From: Eledone cirrhosa
Taxonomy: Eukaryota
Assembly (NCBI GenBank): GCA_964016885.1
Contig: OZ024753.1
Coordinates: 12,090,001-12,154,000, forward strand
DNA length: 64,000 bases
Reading direction: 5' to 3'
The position numbers were made by a program, and so were the translations under genes. The notes beneath the pieces are model-generated. The model saw nothing but the letters and a program-made list of their open reading frames with translations, was not told where the DNA came from and made no database searches. Below are positions 52,146 through 64,000 of this stretch, piece by piece (the stretch's first letter is position 1; every line of letters starts with the position of its first letter).

Positions 52146-53319
52146 CAAAGATTAGATACTCATAATTATATTCTTCAGTGAGGAATGAATGAATGAAAGA
52201 AAAAATACATCTTGACCTGAGATAGTCAGTTCACCAGACCAGAGGCACAATGCAAATTATCTATATGTCAAGCAAACAATGATTATATCAAATCATCTAT
52301 ATTCTCTTTTACTGTCACCAGCAGAATGAAAGGCTGGTTTCACATATGTAAAATATTAACCGAGAGCTCAATACGATGCAATATTCCTATCTCATTCTCC
52401 AACTATTCCACCTATCCTTAGCACTGGATATAGTTCATCGATGCAGAAAACTGGAAAACAATGTTGACATAGGTTAACACCTATAGACTAAGGATAGACA
52501 TAACAAAGCCGTTTGTATGTTTTCTTAAAGCCCCTGTCAAATTGCAATATTTGCCAAATCGGTACCTTGAATTAAGCATTCTAAGCATTCTACTGCATCC
52601 TTTCAATCGATTAAACAAACTCAAACTATATATATATCGCTATAATTACAGAATTTTCCACTTGTATATTTTCGCAAGAGAATATGTGTGTGTATCGCTG
52701 TACAAATCAGAGCATTCATCTGCTTTGTTTGTCTAGATAATTCAGGTCAGAAGCCGGCCTGTTTAAGAAAATCGATGTTGTTAATAATCCCAATCTTAGT
52801 CAGTCGCATATATTTTTTGTATTTTTATCACATAGTAAATTTGGTTTCGTAATTAATGTTGCATATAAATGATTTAAATATGTTTTTTCTTAAATTCAAC
52901 ACCATACATTTACATCATTACAGAGGCGTCACTTGTACTCGTTAAGTACTTGAACTAGGCATGTCTCTCAATACCAGAGTGGTTACTTTTCTCATTGAAC
53001 ATATTAATGGTCATCATTTTCTCTTTTCCATTTTTTCTTCCAATTATCTTGGCATATATACACAAAGCTTTTGCATTATTTGCTCAGCAATAAATCTTAA
53101 TTATAATTACTGACATATTTTCAATTCGAAATGAGCAGTTTCCATTAATAACACAATATAAATTTTTAATATTTGTTTAAAATATTTTAGTTTATTTGAA
53201 AAGCTAATATTTTCGGGTTAACAACATCGGTTTTTGTGAATGTTCTGTAAGTGTAGACACAGTTTTCATATGTACAGACACTCTGTCGTTCGTAACCTTG
53301 CACACTAAAATACACACGT

Positions 53320-53648
53320 ATACGTATGCACACGCACTCACACAACCACACACACATATGTATATGTGTGTGTGTGTATATATATGTATGTGTGTGTATA
53401 TGTGTGTATATATATATGTGTGTGTATATGTGTATATGTGTGTATATATATATATGTATGTGTATATATATGTATATGTATATATATATGTATGTGTATA
53501 TATATGTATATGTGTGTATATATATATATGTATGTGTGTATATATATGTATGTGTGTATATATATGTATGTGTGTGTATATATATGTATGTATGTGTATG
53601 TATATATATGTATGTATGTGTGTGTATATATATATATATATGTATGTA

Positions 53649-53681
<33 letters not shown>

Positions 53682-53686
53682 GTGTG

Positions 53687-53719
<33 letters not shown>

Positions 53720-53822
53720 GTATATATGTATATATATGTATGTATATATATGTATATGTATATATGTATATGTATATATGTATATGTATATATGTATATA
53801 TATGTATGTGCATATGTATATA

Positions 53823-53855
<33 letters not shown>

Positions 53856-54098
53856 ATATATGTATATATATATATATATGTATATATGTATATATATGTA
53901 TATATGTATATATGTATGTGCATATGTATATATGTATATATATGTATATGTATATATGTATATATATGTATGTGCATATGTATATATATATATATGTATT
54001 TGTGTATATATATGCATGTGTGTATATATATATATATATGTATTTATGTGTGCATATATGTATATATGTGTGCATATATATATATGTATATGTGTGTG

Positions 54099-54149
<51 letters not shown>

Positions 54150-54298
54150 ATATGTTTGGGTATATATGTGTATATATATGTTTGGGTATATATGTGTATA
54201 TATATGTTTGTATATATATATATATGTGTGTATATATATATATGTGTGTATATATATGTATATATATATGTGTAGTGTGTATATACATGTATGTATAC

Positions 54299-54373
<75 letters not shown>

Positions 54374-54402
54374 GATATATATATATATATGTGTGTGTGT
54401 GT
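53320..54402. repeat. 1.1-kb compound (TA)n/(TG)n/(TATG)n microsatellite
   Basis: Directly visible. Confidence 0.95.
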
Positions 54403-54446
54403 CTTTTGATCTGATTCATAATTTTCTTGGTCATTGTTTGGTTTTT

Positions 54447-54730
54447 ACTACCACTACTAATACTATTACTACTACCGCTACTACTACCACTACTACTACC
54501 ACTACTACTACTATTACTACTACCGCGACTACTACTACCGCTACTCGTACTACCACTACTACTATCACTACTATTACTGCTATTACCACTAATACTAGCA
54601 CTACTAATACTAGCACTACTAATACCACTACTACTACCACAACTACTACTACCACTAATACTACTACTACTAATACTACTACTAATACTACTACTTTTAC
54701 TACCACTACTACTATTAATACTAATAATAA
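54447..54730. repeat. (ACT)n trinucleotide repeat
   Basis: Directly visible. Confidence 0.95.
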
Positions 54731-55444
54731 GAACTTTGCTTCGTGTTGAAGCTACTATTTGAACGTTAGCATAATATGTTTCCCAATGAAAATATTAACA
54801 TAACTGGTTGTCATTGTAAGATATTCTTATCAAGAACAATACAAGCTCACACACCATTAGTTGCGACATTTGATCCGTGCCTTATCAATTACCTTTCAAA
54901 GAAAGCCATATCATCCGTTCAGAAAGAAGAAAAAAAAACGAAAAAAAAAAAAAAGCAACCAGCTCCTAAATAACAAATCTTGATATTTTTGATAGTTTTT
55001 TTCTATTTATTCATTCGCTTACACTTTTAACTTCTTCATGTTTCCTTCTTCGTATTGTTTCTCTCAACGAAAAAAAAAATATTGAAATCTATTTAAATAT
55101 AAAATTAGAAACGAAACAAAAAAGAATGAAGAAATTCAAAGTAACATTAAAATCATTTATGTTCGTTTATAATGGTGGACTGTGCAGTATCGACTTTTTA
55201 TGGTGAAATAATAAATAAATAAATAAAGAAAGAAATAAAGAAATAAAAGAAATAATAAATAAATCATTATTAAATCTTTCAGTGAGAAGATATATTATAA
55301 TTCTTTCAAAAGCAGCAGTCTCGGCTGTGTAATAAAGAAGTTCTGATCGTTACATGAACGATCTACGTTCCAACACTGTAATGGATTGATATATTATTTA
55401 TTAGTGACATTATTAGTTATTAATAATAACGTGGCAAGATTTAG

Positions 55445-57201
55445 CTTGGTCATCACTGGACACAACTTGTCATCACTGGACACAACTTGTCATCACTGGA
55501 CACAACTTGTCATCACTGGACACAACTTGTCATCACTGGACACAACTTGGTCATCTCTGGACTCAATTAACTTAGACACTAGTCACTTGGACATCACTGG
55601 ACATAGTTGAGTTGGACATCACTGGACACAGTTGAGTTGGACATCACTAGACACAGTTGAGTTGGACATCACTGGACACAACTTGGTCATCACTGGACAC
55701 AACTTGGTCATCACTGGACACAACTTGGTCATCACTGGACACAGCTTGGTCATCACTGGACACAGCTTGGTCATCACTGGACACAACTTGGTCATCACTG
55801 GACACAACTTGGTCATCACTGGACACGACTTCATCACTGGACACGACTTGGTCATCACTGGACACAATTAACTTGGCAATCACTGGACTCAATTAACTTG
55901 GCAATCACTGGACTCAATTAACTTAGACACTTGGACATCACTGGACACAGTTGACTTGGTCATCACTGGACACAATTAAGTTGGTCATCACTGGACACAA
56001 CTTGGGCATCACTGGACACAACTTGGTCATCACTGGACTCAATTAACTAAGACACTAGACATTTGGACATCACTGGTCACAGTTGACTTGGACATCACCT
56101 TACCCAGTTGACTTGGTCATCACTGGACACAAATTGCTCATCAGTGGACACATCTAACTTGTGCGTAACTGGAAACAGTTAAACTGGTCATCACTGGACA
56201 CAAATTGCTCATCAGTGGACACATCTAACTTGTGCGTAACTGGAAACAGTTGACTTGGACATCACTGGACACAGTTGACTTGGACATCACTGGACACAGT
56301 TGACTTGGACATCACTGGACACAGTTAACTGTGTCCAGTGATGTCCAAGTCGACTTGGACATCACAGGACACAGTTAACTTGATCACTGGACACAACTTG
56401 ATCATCACTGGGCGGCACAACTTGGTCATCAGTAGACATAATTATCTTGGTCATCACTGGACACATCTAACTTGGTCATCACTGGACACAACTTGGTCAT
56501 CACTAGACAGTTGACTAGGTCATCACTGAACACATCTAACTTGGCCATCACTGGACACAATTAGCTTGGTTGACTTGGACATCACTGGATACGGTCGACT
56601 TGGTCATCACTGGACACATCTGACTTGGTCATCACTGGAAACAGTTAAATTGGTTATCACTGAAACAGTTAAATTGGTCATCACTGGACACAGTTGACTT
56701 GGTCATCACTAAACACAATTAACTTGGTCGTCACTGGAAATATTTAACCTGGACGTCACTGGACACAGTTAACTTGGACATCACTGGACACTTACACTGG
56801 TCGTCACTGGACACATTTAACTTGTTCTACACTGGACACAGTTAACTTGTTCTACACTGGACACAGTTAACTTGTTCTACACTGGACACAGTTAACTTGT
56901 TCTACACTGGGCACAGTTAACTTGATCATAACTGGACATAGTTAACTCGGACATCACCAGACACACTTAACCTGGTCGTAACTGGACACATCGAACTTTG
57001 TCGGCACTGGACACAGCTAATTCGGACATCACTGAACACAGTTAATTCGTATATCAGTGGACACAGCTGGCTTGGTCGTCAGTGGACAAAGTTGACTTAG
57101 TCGTCACTGGATTCAGTTGACTTAGTTGCCACTGGACACATTTAACTTGGACGCCACTGGACACATTTAACTTGGATGCACTGGACACAGTTAACTTGGA
57201 C
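55445..57201. repeat. 1.75-kb satellite of 20-25-bp CATCACTGGACAC(AGTT)AACTTGGT units
   Basis: Homogeneous 20/21-mers at left, 24-25-mers and greater divergence at right. Confidence 0.95.
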
Positions 57202-57227
57202 AAATACCACCAATATTTCATTCGAAT

Positions 57228-57410
57228 GCGGTGGATTGGCAGTATCGGTAGAGGGTCGGACGCCATGCTTTCAAGCATAGTTACGTCCCTTTACGATCTG
57301 AGTTCAAATCCCGCCGAGGTTGACTTTGCCTTTCATCCTTACGGGGTCGATAAAATAAAGTACCAGTAATGCACTGGGTAATTGCTGGCCTTGTGCCTAA
57401 AGTAGAAACA
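57228..57410 (+). mobile_element. Young SINE family 1 copy with 18-bp TSD
   Basis: AATATTTCATTCGAATGC at 57212-57229 and 57411-57428. Confidence 0.95.
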
Positions 57411-57458
57411 AATATTTCATTCGAATGCTCAGGTTTCCTATTCACCATATCCCTGCAT

Positions 57459-57534
<76 letters not shown>

Positions 57535-57769
57535 GCAGTAAAAACCCGTTAGATCATTACTCGCCAAAGTACTCGATACTTGGGGTAGTAGAGTTCAGAA
57601 CTAGCTGTTGAAACGACAGCAACTCATCCATCGGTATCCAGACTCCTTCACGCACATACACTACACCACCCACACTACACCACACACATACACACACATA
57701 TATATATATATGTGTGTGTGTTTGCAAACGGAATCAATGTAATATGTAATGAAACTATGATCTTCATAT

Positions 57770-57935
57770 CGGGAGTTCTTCGCGTGTATAGAGGTTTCGG
57801 TTCATTTTGTTTATACTGGTACATTTATCTCAATGTTTCCTATTATGCGGCGCAATTGTTTTCCATGCCATAGTTTGTCGTAATTCTGTATACGGTATGG
57901 TGCAATGTTTGCCAACACTACAACACTATATGGCT
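57770..57935 (-). mobile_element. Old RTE-like LINE fragment
   Basis: DKLWHGKQLRRIIG...NLY resembles the post-RT motif L..FH.K.LRRI.GI...N..LY. Confidence 0.45.
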
Positions 57936-59539
57936 GTGATTTAAAAATAATGAATAAAATATGGTTGGATATGTCGCTACGCATTAGCATCAACATACTT
58001 TACAACATTCTTTTAGATTATTCATACAAATGGAGGATACTAAGTCGGAGATAGCTATGAACATTTTTTTTCAATCAATCATTAAGATATATTTAGCGCA
58101 TTCACCGAAAGCGTTTTCATATGATTTTAAATTCGCATTTACAAATATTTTGTTATGTAAATCATATGTAGAAATATTGACTAATGTTTTATATATGTTC
58201 ATTAATATTTGTATTTTGCTTTCTTTTAGCATCATTCACAAGAATCGAAAATACTTGTGTATATATATTTGAAGAGCTATATTGGAATTCCCAAAACAGC
58301 ACTTACATGCAATTTCCCTAAAATTAGTATATTTAAGATTTTTTTTTCGAAATAAGTTGATATATGGAAGCAGGTTTATTAGAAAACTTTTACTGCAATA
58401 TTTCCTGTTTATATGTTACTTACAGCTCGGAAAATGACTTCAAATAAGTCTATGGTTGTATTTGCAATAACTTCCTCAATTTTAGTTACCTATAAATACT
58501 TAAAAGAAAAGCAGCTACTAGAAAGTAATACACTAAAGAAATACGGTTGTAATCACATTTACAAGTATGGAGAATGTTCCCCGGAATATGTTAGAAATGA
58601 AACAGCTTCCACATCACAATGTATTATCAGAATTGTTTGAGATACGGAATACAAGAATGTCTGTTTTTGTCATTGAAGTTTATTTGAACATACTACAATA
58701 TATAACTAGAATTATATTTTGTTCTCTTTAAAAAAAGAACTGGACAAATGAATCATATTTCTTAAGATCTATCAAAAGATCTATCTGTTCTAAATGTTTA
58801 TTGTATATATACTCTGTAAAATATACCACAGCGAATTATGAAATACATTTCATAGGACTTTACGATTCGTAATGAAGAGAAAACTCTAACAAAGAAACAA
58901 TTTACTTTTAACTTCAAATACATATATGATATATCCTGCACAATGATTATTGTTTACGCTTAAACAAACACACATGCACAACTGAACACACAGATAGACA
59001 CGGACATACGCGCACATATACAAACACATAACCACACACACAAAATCATTTAAGTGCTTACTAAAGAATTTTATTAGGCATATTTCTAACTGCATATATA
59101 TTCATTTTTATCTGAGATACTTAAAACCGTATGAAAATGGCAGGGAAGTTATTTTCTCGGGATTCTATGGGTGCCTTTTTATGGGGGAAAATTTTTTATG
59201 GGAATGAAACTTCTAGCATTTTGATATGAATGCATGCATATTACACGAAAAATTGCACGAGTTATCGGTTGGTTTTATTTTCGTTTTCGTTTCTTTTCAT
59301 TATATAAGGAAATAAAACGTCATTGTTTTCCTGAAAATATCCTTGACTTTGGTATTTATTCATCATTTCTTTGAAGTTTAATAAATCATAAATGATTTTA
59401 AAGGTAACATATAACAATAACTATCACAGCTTACTTTATTTTGCTACTACGAATGTAATCGATATATTCCTATCGTAACAGTGTGATATAAAAATCTCTT
59501 TGGAGTGATAAACGAGCAGGGAATAATATTTGTTCCGGA

Positions 59540-59757
59540 ATAACTATATATGTGCAGGAGAAGCCTGGCATACTTACCATCAATGTATATTGATAATGTA
59601 ATGCATATGCCTTATATATATATATATATAAGGAACCAGATGGACCATATATATATATACGCGTATATGCGTATACATATGCATATACGCGTATATATAT
59701 GTATATATATATGTATATATGCGTATATGCTTATATATACACACATATACTTGTATG

Positions 59758-59788
<31 letters not shown>

Positions 59789-59805
59789 GCGTATGCTTAT
59801 ACGCG

Positions 59806-59844
<39 letters not shown>

Positions 59845-59969
59845 GCGTATACATATGCATATACGCGTATATATATATATATAAAGCATATGCATCGTAG
59901 TTATGCATTACATTATCAATATACATTCATGGTAAGAATGCCAGGCTTCTCATGCACATATACAGTTAT
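59540..59969. repeat. 67-bp inverted repeat enclosing a TA/CG microsatellite
   Basis: Arms 59540-59606/59903-59969. Confidence 0.85.
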
Positions 59970-59977
59970 ACGCGTAT

Positions 59978-60015
<38 letters not shown>

Positions 60016-60083
60016 CAAGTATATATGCGTATATATATATATACAAGTATATATATATGCAAATACGCGCATATGTGTATATG

Positions 60084-60227
<144 letters not shown>

Positions 60228-60837
60228 TGGACCCGTGTTATCAGCAAAACATTGTCAGTATTGTATACACACATAGTACATATGTTTTACCTTTTATAAT
60301 GTTTAACCATTAAACACCCGCGCCACTCTACCAACGCCCTCGACATATTTAGATAATTATATCAACAATATTATTTACACTAGCGAACCATATCTATGGA
60401 ATTCCATGGAATGGTATATTTCCTCTTTTGAGTAATATACTTTCCTGGGTGTGTTCACAGATAACGATTCTATGATTGTGTACTCAAACACAAGTGGGAG
60501 ACACACCGGCACACACTTGTATTTACACACATATACTATTATTTACACACATATATACGTACATGCGTACAAACACACAAACACACACAGACACACAAGT
60601 ACACTCCTTCTCTGCTTAACTTATGTTCCTCACAATGGCACCTGTTTCACACGCCCATTGTTGACCCTACGACAAACACTCTGCACACACAGACGTATTC
60701 ACACAGACATATTCACACACGCATATATATATATATATATATATACATATAAAGGAAAATAGAGAAATTAATGTGAGCAAGAAGCCAACAGTATTTCATA
60801 ATATAACGTCATATATGTGACTATAACGTTATATATC

Positions 60838-60952
60838 TGAGTTCAAATCCCGCCGAGGTTAACTTTGCCTTTCATCCTTACGGGGTCGATAAAATAAAGT
60901 ACCAGTAATGCACTAGATAATTGCTGGCCTTGTGCCTAAAGTAGAAACAGTT
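60838..60952 (+). mobile_element. SINE family 1, 5'-truncated
   Basis: B box onward. Confidence 0.9.
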
Positions 60953-60980
60953 ATATATATATATATATATATATTGTTTT

Positions 60981-61540
60981 TTTAATATAGAAGATCTATA
61001 TGACTAGAACTGTTCTATTCGTGAGAAATCATCAGGAAGCTGGCTGTCCAAGTAAGTGGTGGTATTTATATATTTTCTGGTGGTAGGAGAGGGTGGGTAT
61101 TGGGATGGGTGGAGGTAATTGCTTGATGCATTTAAAGAAAAGGGAGTTCATTAAAAGCTAATTCTTTAAAGTTATAATATTAACAAAGGCAGAAAGAATA
61201 GTGTAAACAAATTCAAATTTGGAATACCAATCCTTGTTTATCACTTAGACTAACAATGCCTGTAAGACAGGTGTCTACAAGATGGGTGGGGTTCATTGGT
61301 TTAAAGAAAATGGAAATTCTTTAGAAGCTAATTATTTTGCCTTTGTTAATATTATAGCTTTAAAGAATTAGCTTTTAATGAACTCCCTTTTCTTTAAATC
61401 CATCAACCAATGATCCCCATTCTCTCCTACCACCAGAAAAGAAAAGTTATATATACCACCACTTACTTGGACAGCCAGCTTCCTGATGATTTCTCACGAA
61501 TGAAACAGTTCTAGTCCTGTACAAGCTCTTCTATATTAAA
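60981..61540. mobile_element. Family G element with about 210-bp inverted arms
   Basis: Arms about 60981-61192/61335-61540, starting next to (TA)n. Confidence 0.8.
61477..61527 (+). ncRNA. Type I hammerhead (family G)
   Basis: AGCTTC-CTGATGA-TTTC-tcac-GAAT-GAAA-CAG-ttctagtc-CTG-TA-CAAGCT; first stem I pair mismatched here but paired (GAA) in the 41117 copy. Confidence 0.75.
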
Positions 61541-61634
61541 ACATTAGAATATATTTAACACTTCACAATTCATTTTATTAAGAAGGTGACTATTTCAGAT
61601 TTTTACTAACAAACATTTAAAAATTTAAATATGA

Positions 61635-61818
61635 TGGATTGGCAGTATCGGTAGAGGGTCGCACGCCATGCTTTCCAGCATAGTTACGTCCCTTTACGGT
61701 CTGAGTTCAAAACCCGCCGAGGTTGACTTTGCCTTTCATCCTTACGGGGTCGATAAAATAAAGTACCAGTAATGCACTGGGTAATTGCTAGCCTTGTGCC
61801 TAAAGTAGAAACAATTAT
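61635..61818 (+). mobile_element. SINE family 1
   Basis: Near-consensus copy. Confidence 0.9.
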
Positions 61819-63308
61819 ATGTCATATGAGGACGGCTCCTACAACTCAACAAAGTGGTACGGTTCCATACCTATATTATATCACCATTATATAAACATAA
61901 TATCAAGTGTTTATCATGTATTTACACAAACATTGTGGTAGTTCAACACGATTGCATAGATTGTCGTCGGTATTGAGTCATCTATGTACCGATTCAAAGC
62001 ATGCTAATACACGTAGCACATAGACAATTCTATAGCAATCAGTGCCAACAGATATATAAATATATATTTGTTCCTATAACGAGAGTCTACATGCGGTTGA
62101 TCGACCTGGTAGAAATAGGTGTCTAATTACCTCCAATGGACATACATCACTCTGCCTTAAAAATAGATTCATCCTTAAGGGAGTGTTTTAGCAATTTAAC
62201 AGGAAGATTCAGTACTCAGATACATTTAAAGAACGGTGATTCGTGAGAAGATATTATCTTCAGACAGGAGATCTGGAAGGCACTTTTACAACAGACAAAC
62301 AAAATATATGAACAAGTAGGAAGTGAAGTCTGCCACAGACGGAACGCATATAATTACGTCAGGTTTCGCTAATATTTCCTTTCCAGATTTATCCACCAAA
62401 ACCGCTTTGAATCTCACTCATAATAAGTATCGAACCTCCCGTAGTTATAGAAGATAAATATTAGTCACATATCTTCTGCCAGATGATATGTCAACGGAAA
62501 TGTACTTGCCACACTTATGCATGCGGAAATATACTTTGCGGTCTTACGTTTCTCCATGTTATGTGTACAGAAACTATGATGCCGAACGTTGCTCAACAAC
62601 GCAGATTCAAATAAGTAGATAATATAAGTACCGGTAATAAGCCGATCTTTACCAAATTAGATAACACTACATCATTAATGAACAAAACGATTATTCACAT
62701 TTTCCTGATTCCTAAGTGACAGAAACTCCAAAGAAATGTTATTGTAATTAGTAACGAATGGCATCAATGTCTTAGACTTTCGACGATGTTCTGTAAGATA
62801 TTTATCTCTCACAATGTAGAATACATGAAACAAGAAGCAAAGTTCTAACATATACGTGTTAGTACAGTTTGTTGGCATTCTACGTTGCTATAAATTGGTG
62901 AAGATTTGAGTGAATTATATCTGTGAAATAACTTAAATAACGGCGTATTGTGCACCTAAAGTAACATGAAAGAGGAAGCCAATTTCATTTACACACGAGA
63001 ACATTGTTTCAATAATTTTTATATGATGAAGGTGTGTAGTCTTACGATTTGGAATGGATAACAAATGTAAGTATATATTTCTTAGAATATGTAGAAAACA
63101 TCGAACGCTTAAAATAAGTCGATTGCTATATATAATAGCTTAGAAAATCGGGTACAAAACAGTATCCGGTTTTATAAGGTGCTAGACCTCACGTGACCCG
63201 TTGGGTCATGTTCTTTTCAAAATATTTTTTTTAAATTATGTTCACTTAAAAATAATTTTAAATAATTAAAATATATAGACATGTATATAATGTGTGTGTG
63301 TGTGTGTG

Positions 63309-63561
63309 TTGTTATACTTGGGGAGGGTCATATTGTTATAATATTGCCAGAAATAATAACAGAACACACTCACTGGTTGGTTTGGGTTGGTTTTCGCTTC
63401 TGTATCTTTTATATCTCCATATTTAATTTATCTGGCAATCAAATTAACTATGAAGATATAAAATATACAGAAGTGAAAACCAACCCAAACCAAACACTGT
63501 GTGTGTTCTGTTATTATTTCTGACAATATTATAACAATATGACCCTCCCCAAGTATAACAA
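63309..63561. repeat. Fold-back with about 108-bp arms
   Basis: Arms about 63309-63416/63455-63561; next to (TG)n and near (TA)n; no clear hammerhead core. Confidence 0.85.
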
Positions 63562-64000
63562 TATTTGTTTTGACTCACGATTTCATATCAAAAATCTTGC
63601 AAAACGAATATATATATATATATATATATATATTCTATTGATAATAAAACTCTACTTTCGAGGGTAATGCCTACACATTCCATGATAGTTTAAATTCTAA
63701 TTGTTAGTGCTCTGTTTGGCCCAGAAGTCCAATGCATCAACCCATAGGCCCATCATCTATTATATTATGGACATGACTATCAACAGAATCGTTATTTATA
63801 GATTTTTATTTGAAAGGGGAGGGGAAACCAACATGTCACTCTATGAATTGTATTTCAGTTAGGGCAACAAACATTCCTTCATATTGATTTATTTCACTCG
63901 AACAAAGTCACTCATTCCAGGAAAGTTTTATTGTCCATTTGTTGCATGAATGGGACATCATTTAGCTACTTACATTTCAACGTAAGGTAAAGACATTGCC

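Noticed and set aside
54393-54762. Thr-rich mucin-like ORF
   Set aside because: (ACT)n microsatellite open in several frames; no convincing exon context
55386-55896. ORFs of CPVMTKL / SSLDTTW repeats
   Set aside because: 21-bp satellite units open on both strands; frame breaks where unit length changes
57228-57320. tRNA gene
   Set aside because: A and B boxes belong to a SINE head; no cloverleaf and followed by SINE body

Overview
AT-rich, microsatellite-dense eukaryotic non-coding DNA. The SINE repertoire and repeat landscape look like a coleoid cephalopod (Octopus-like; inference). No host protein-coding gene is recognisable: nearly all listed ORFs are translations of (TA)n/(CA)n/(CT)n/(GAA)n tracts or SINEs. 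Contents: about 35 copies of one tRNA-derived SINE (many with TSDs), a second CORE-type SINE with swapped tails, 3' stubs of RTE- and CRE-clade LINEs, Tc1/mariner MITEs (one a 740-bp fold-back), a non-autonomous Helitron and several minisatellites. The main hidden signal is a set of type I hammerhead-ribozyme motifs (CUGANGA...GAAA...UH with pairing stems), about 15 intact, degenerate or partial copies from at least six sequence-unrelated families. They lie in short, ORF-less elements embedded in (TA)n tracts, and most carry an inverted duplication of their 5' end, forming long hairpins. This is the signature of Penelope-like element or retrozyme mobilisation. One copy (441-1458) is a 471-bp-period, 1.4-mer retrozyme-like unit. 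Ribozyme folds were read by eye and are untested; family names rest on recalled motifs, not searches.
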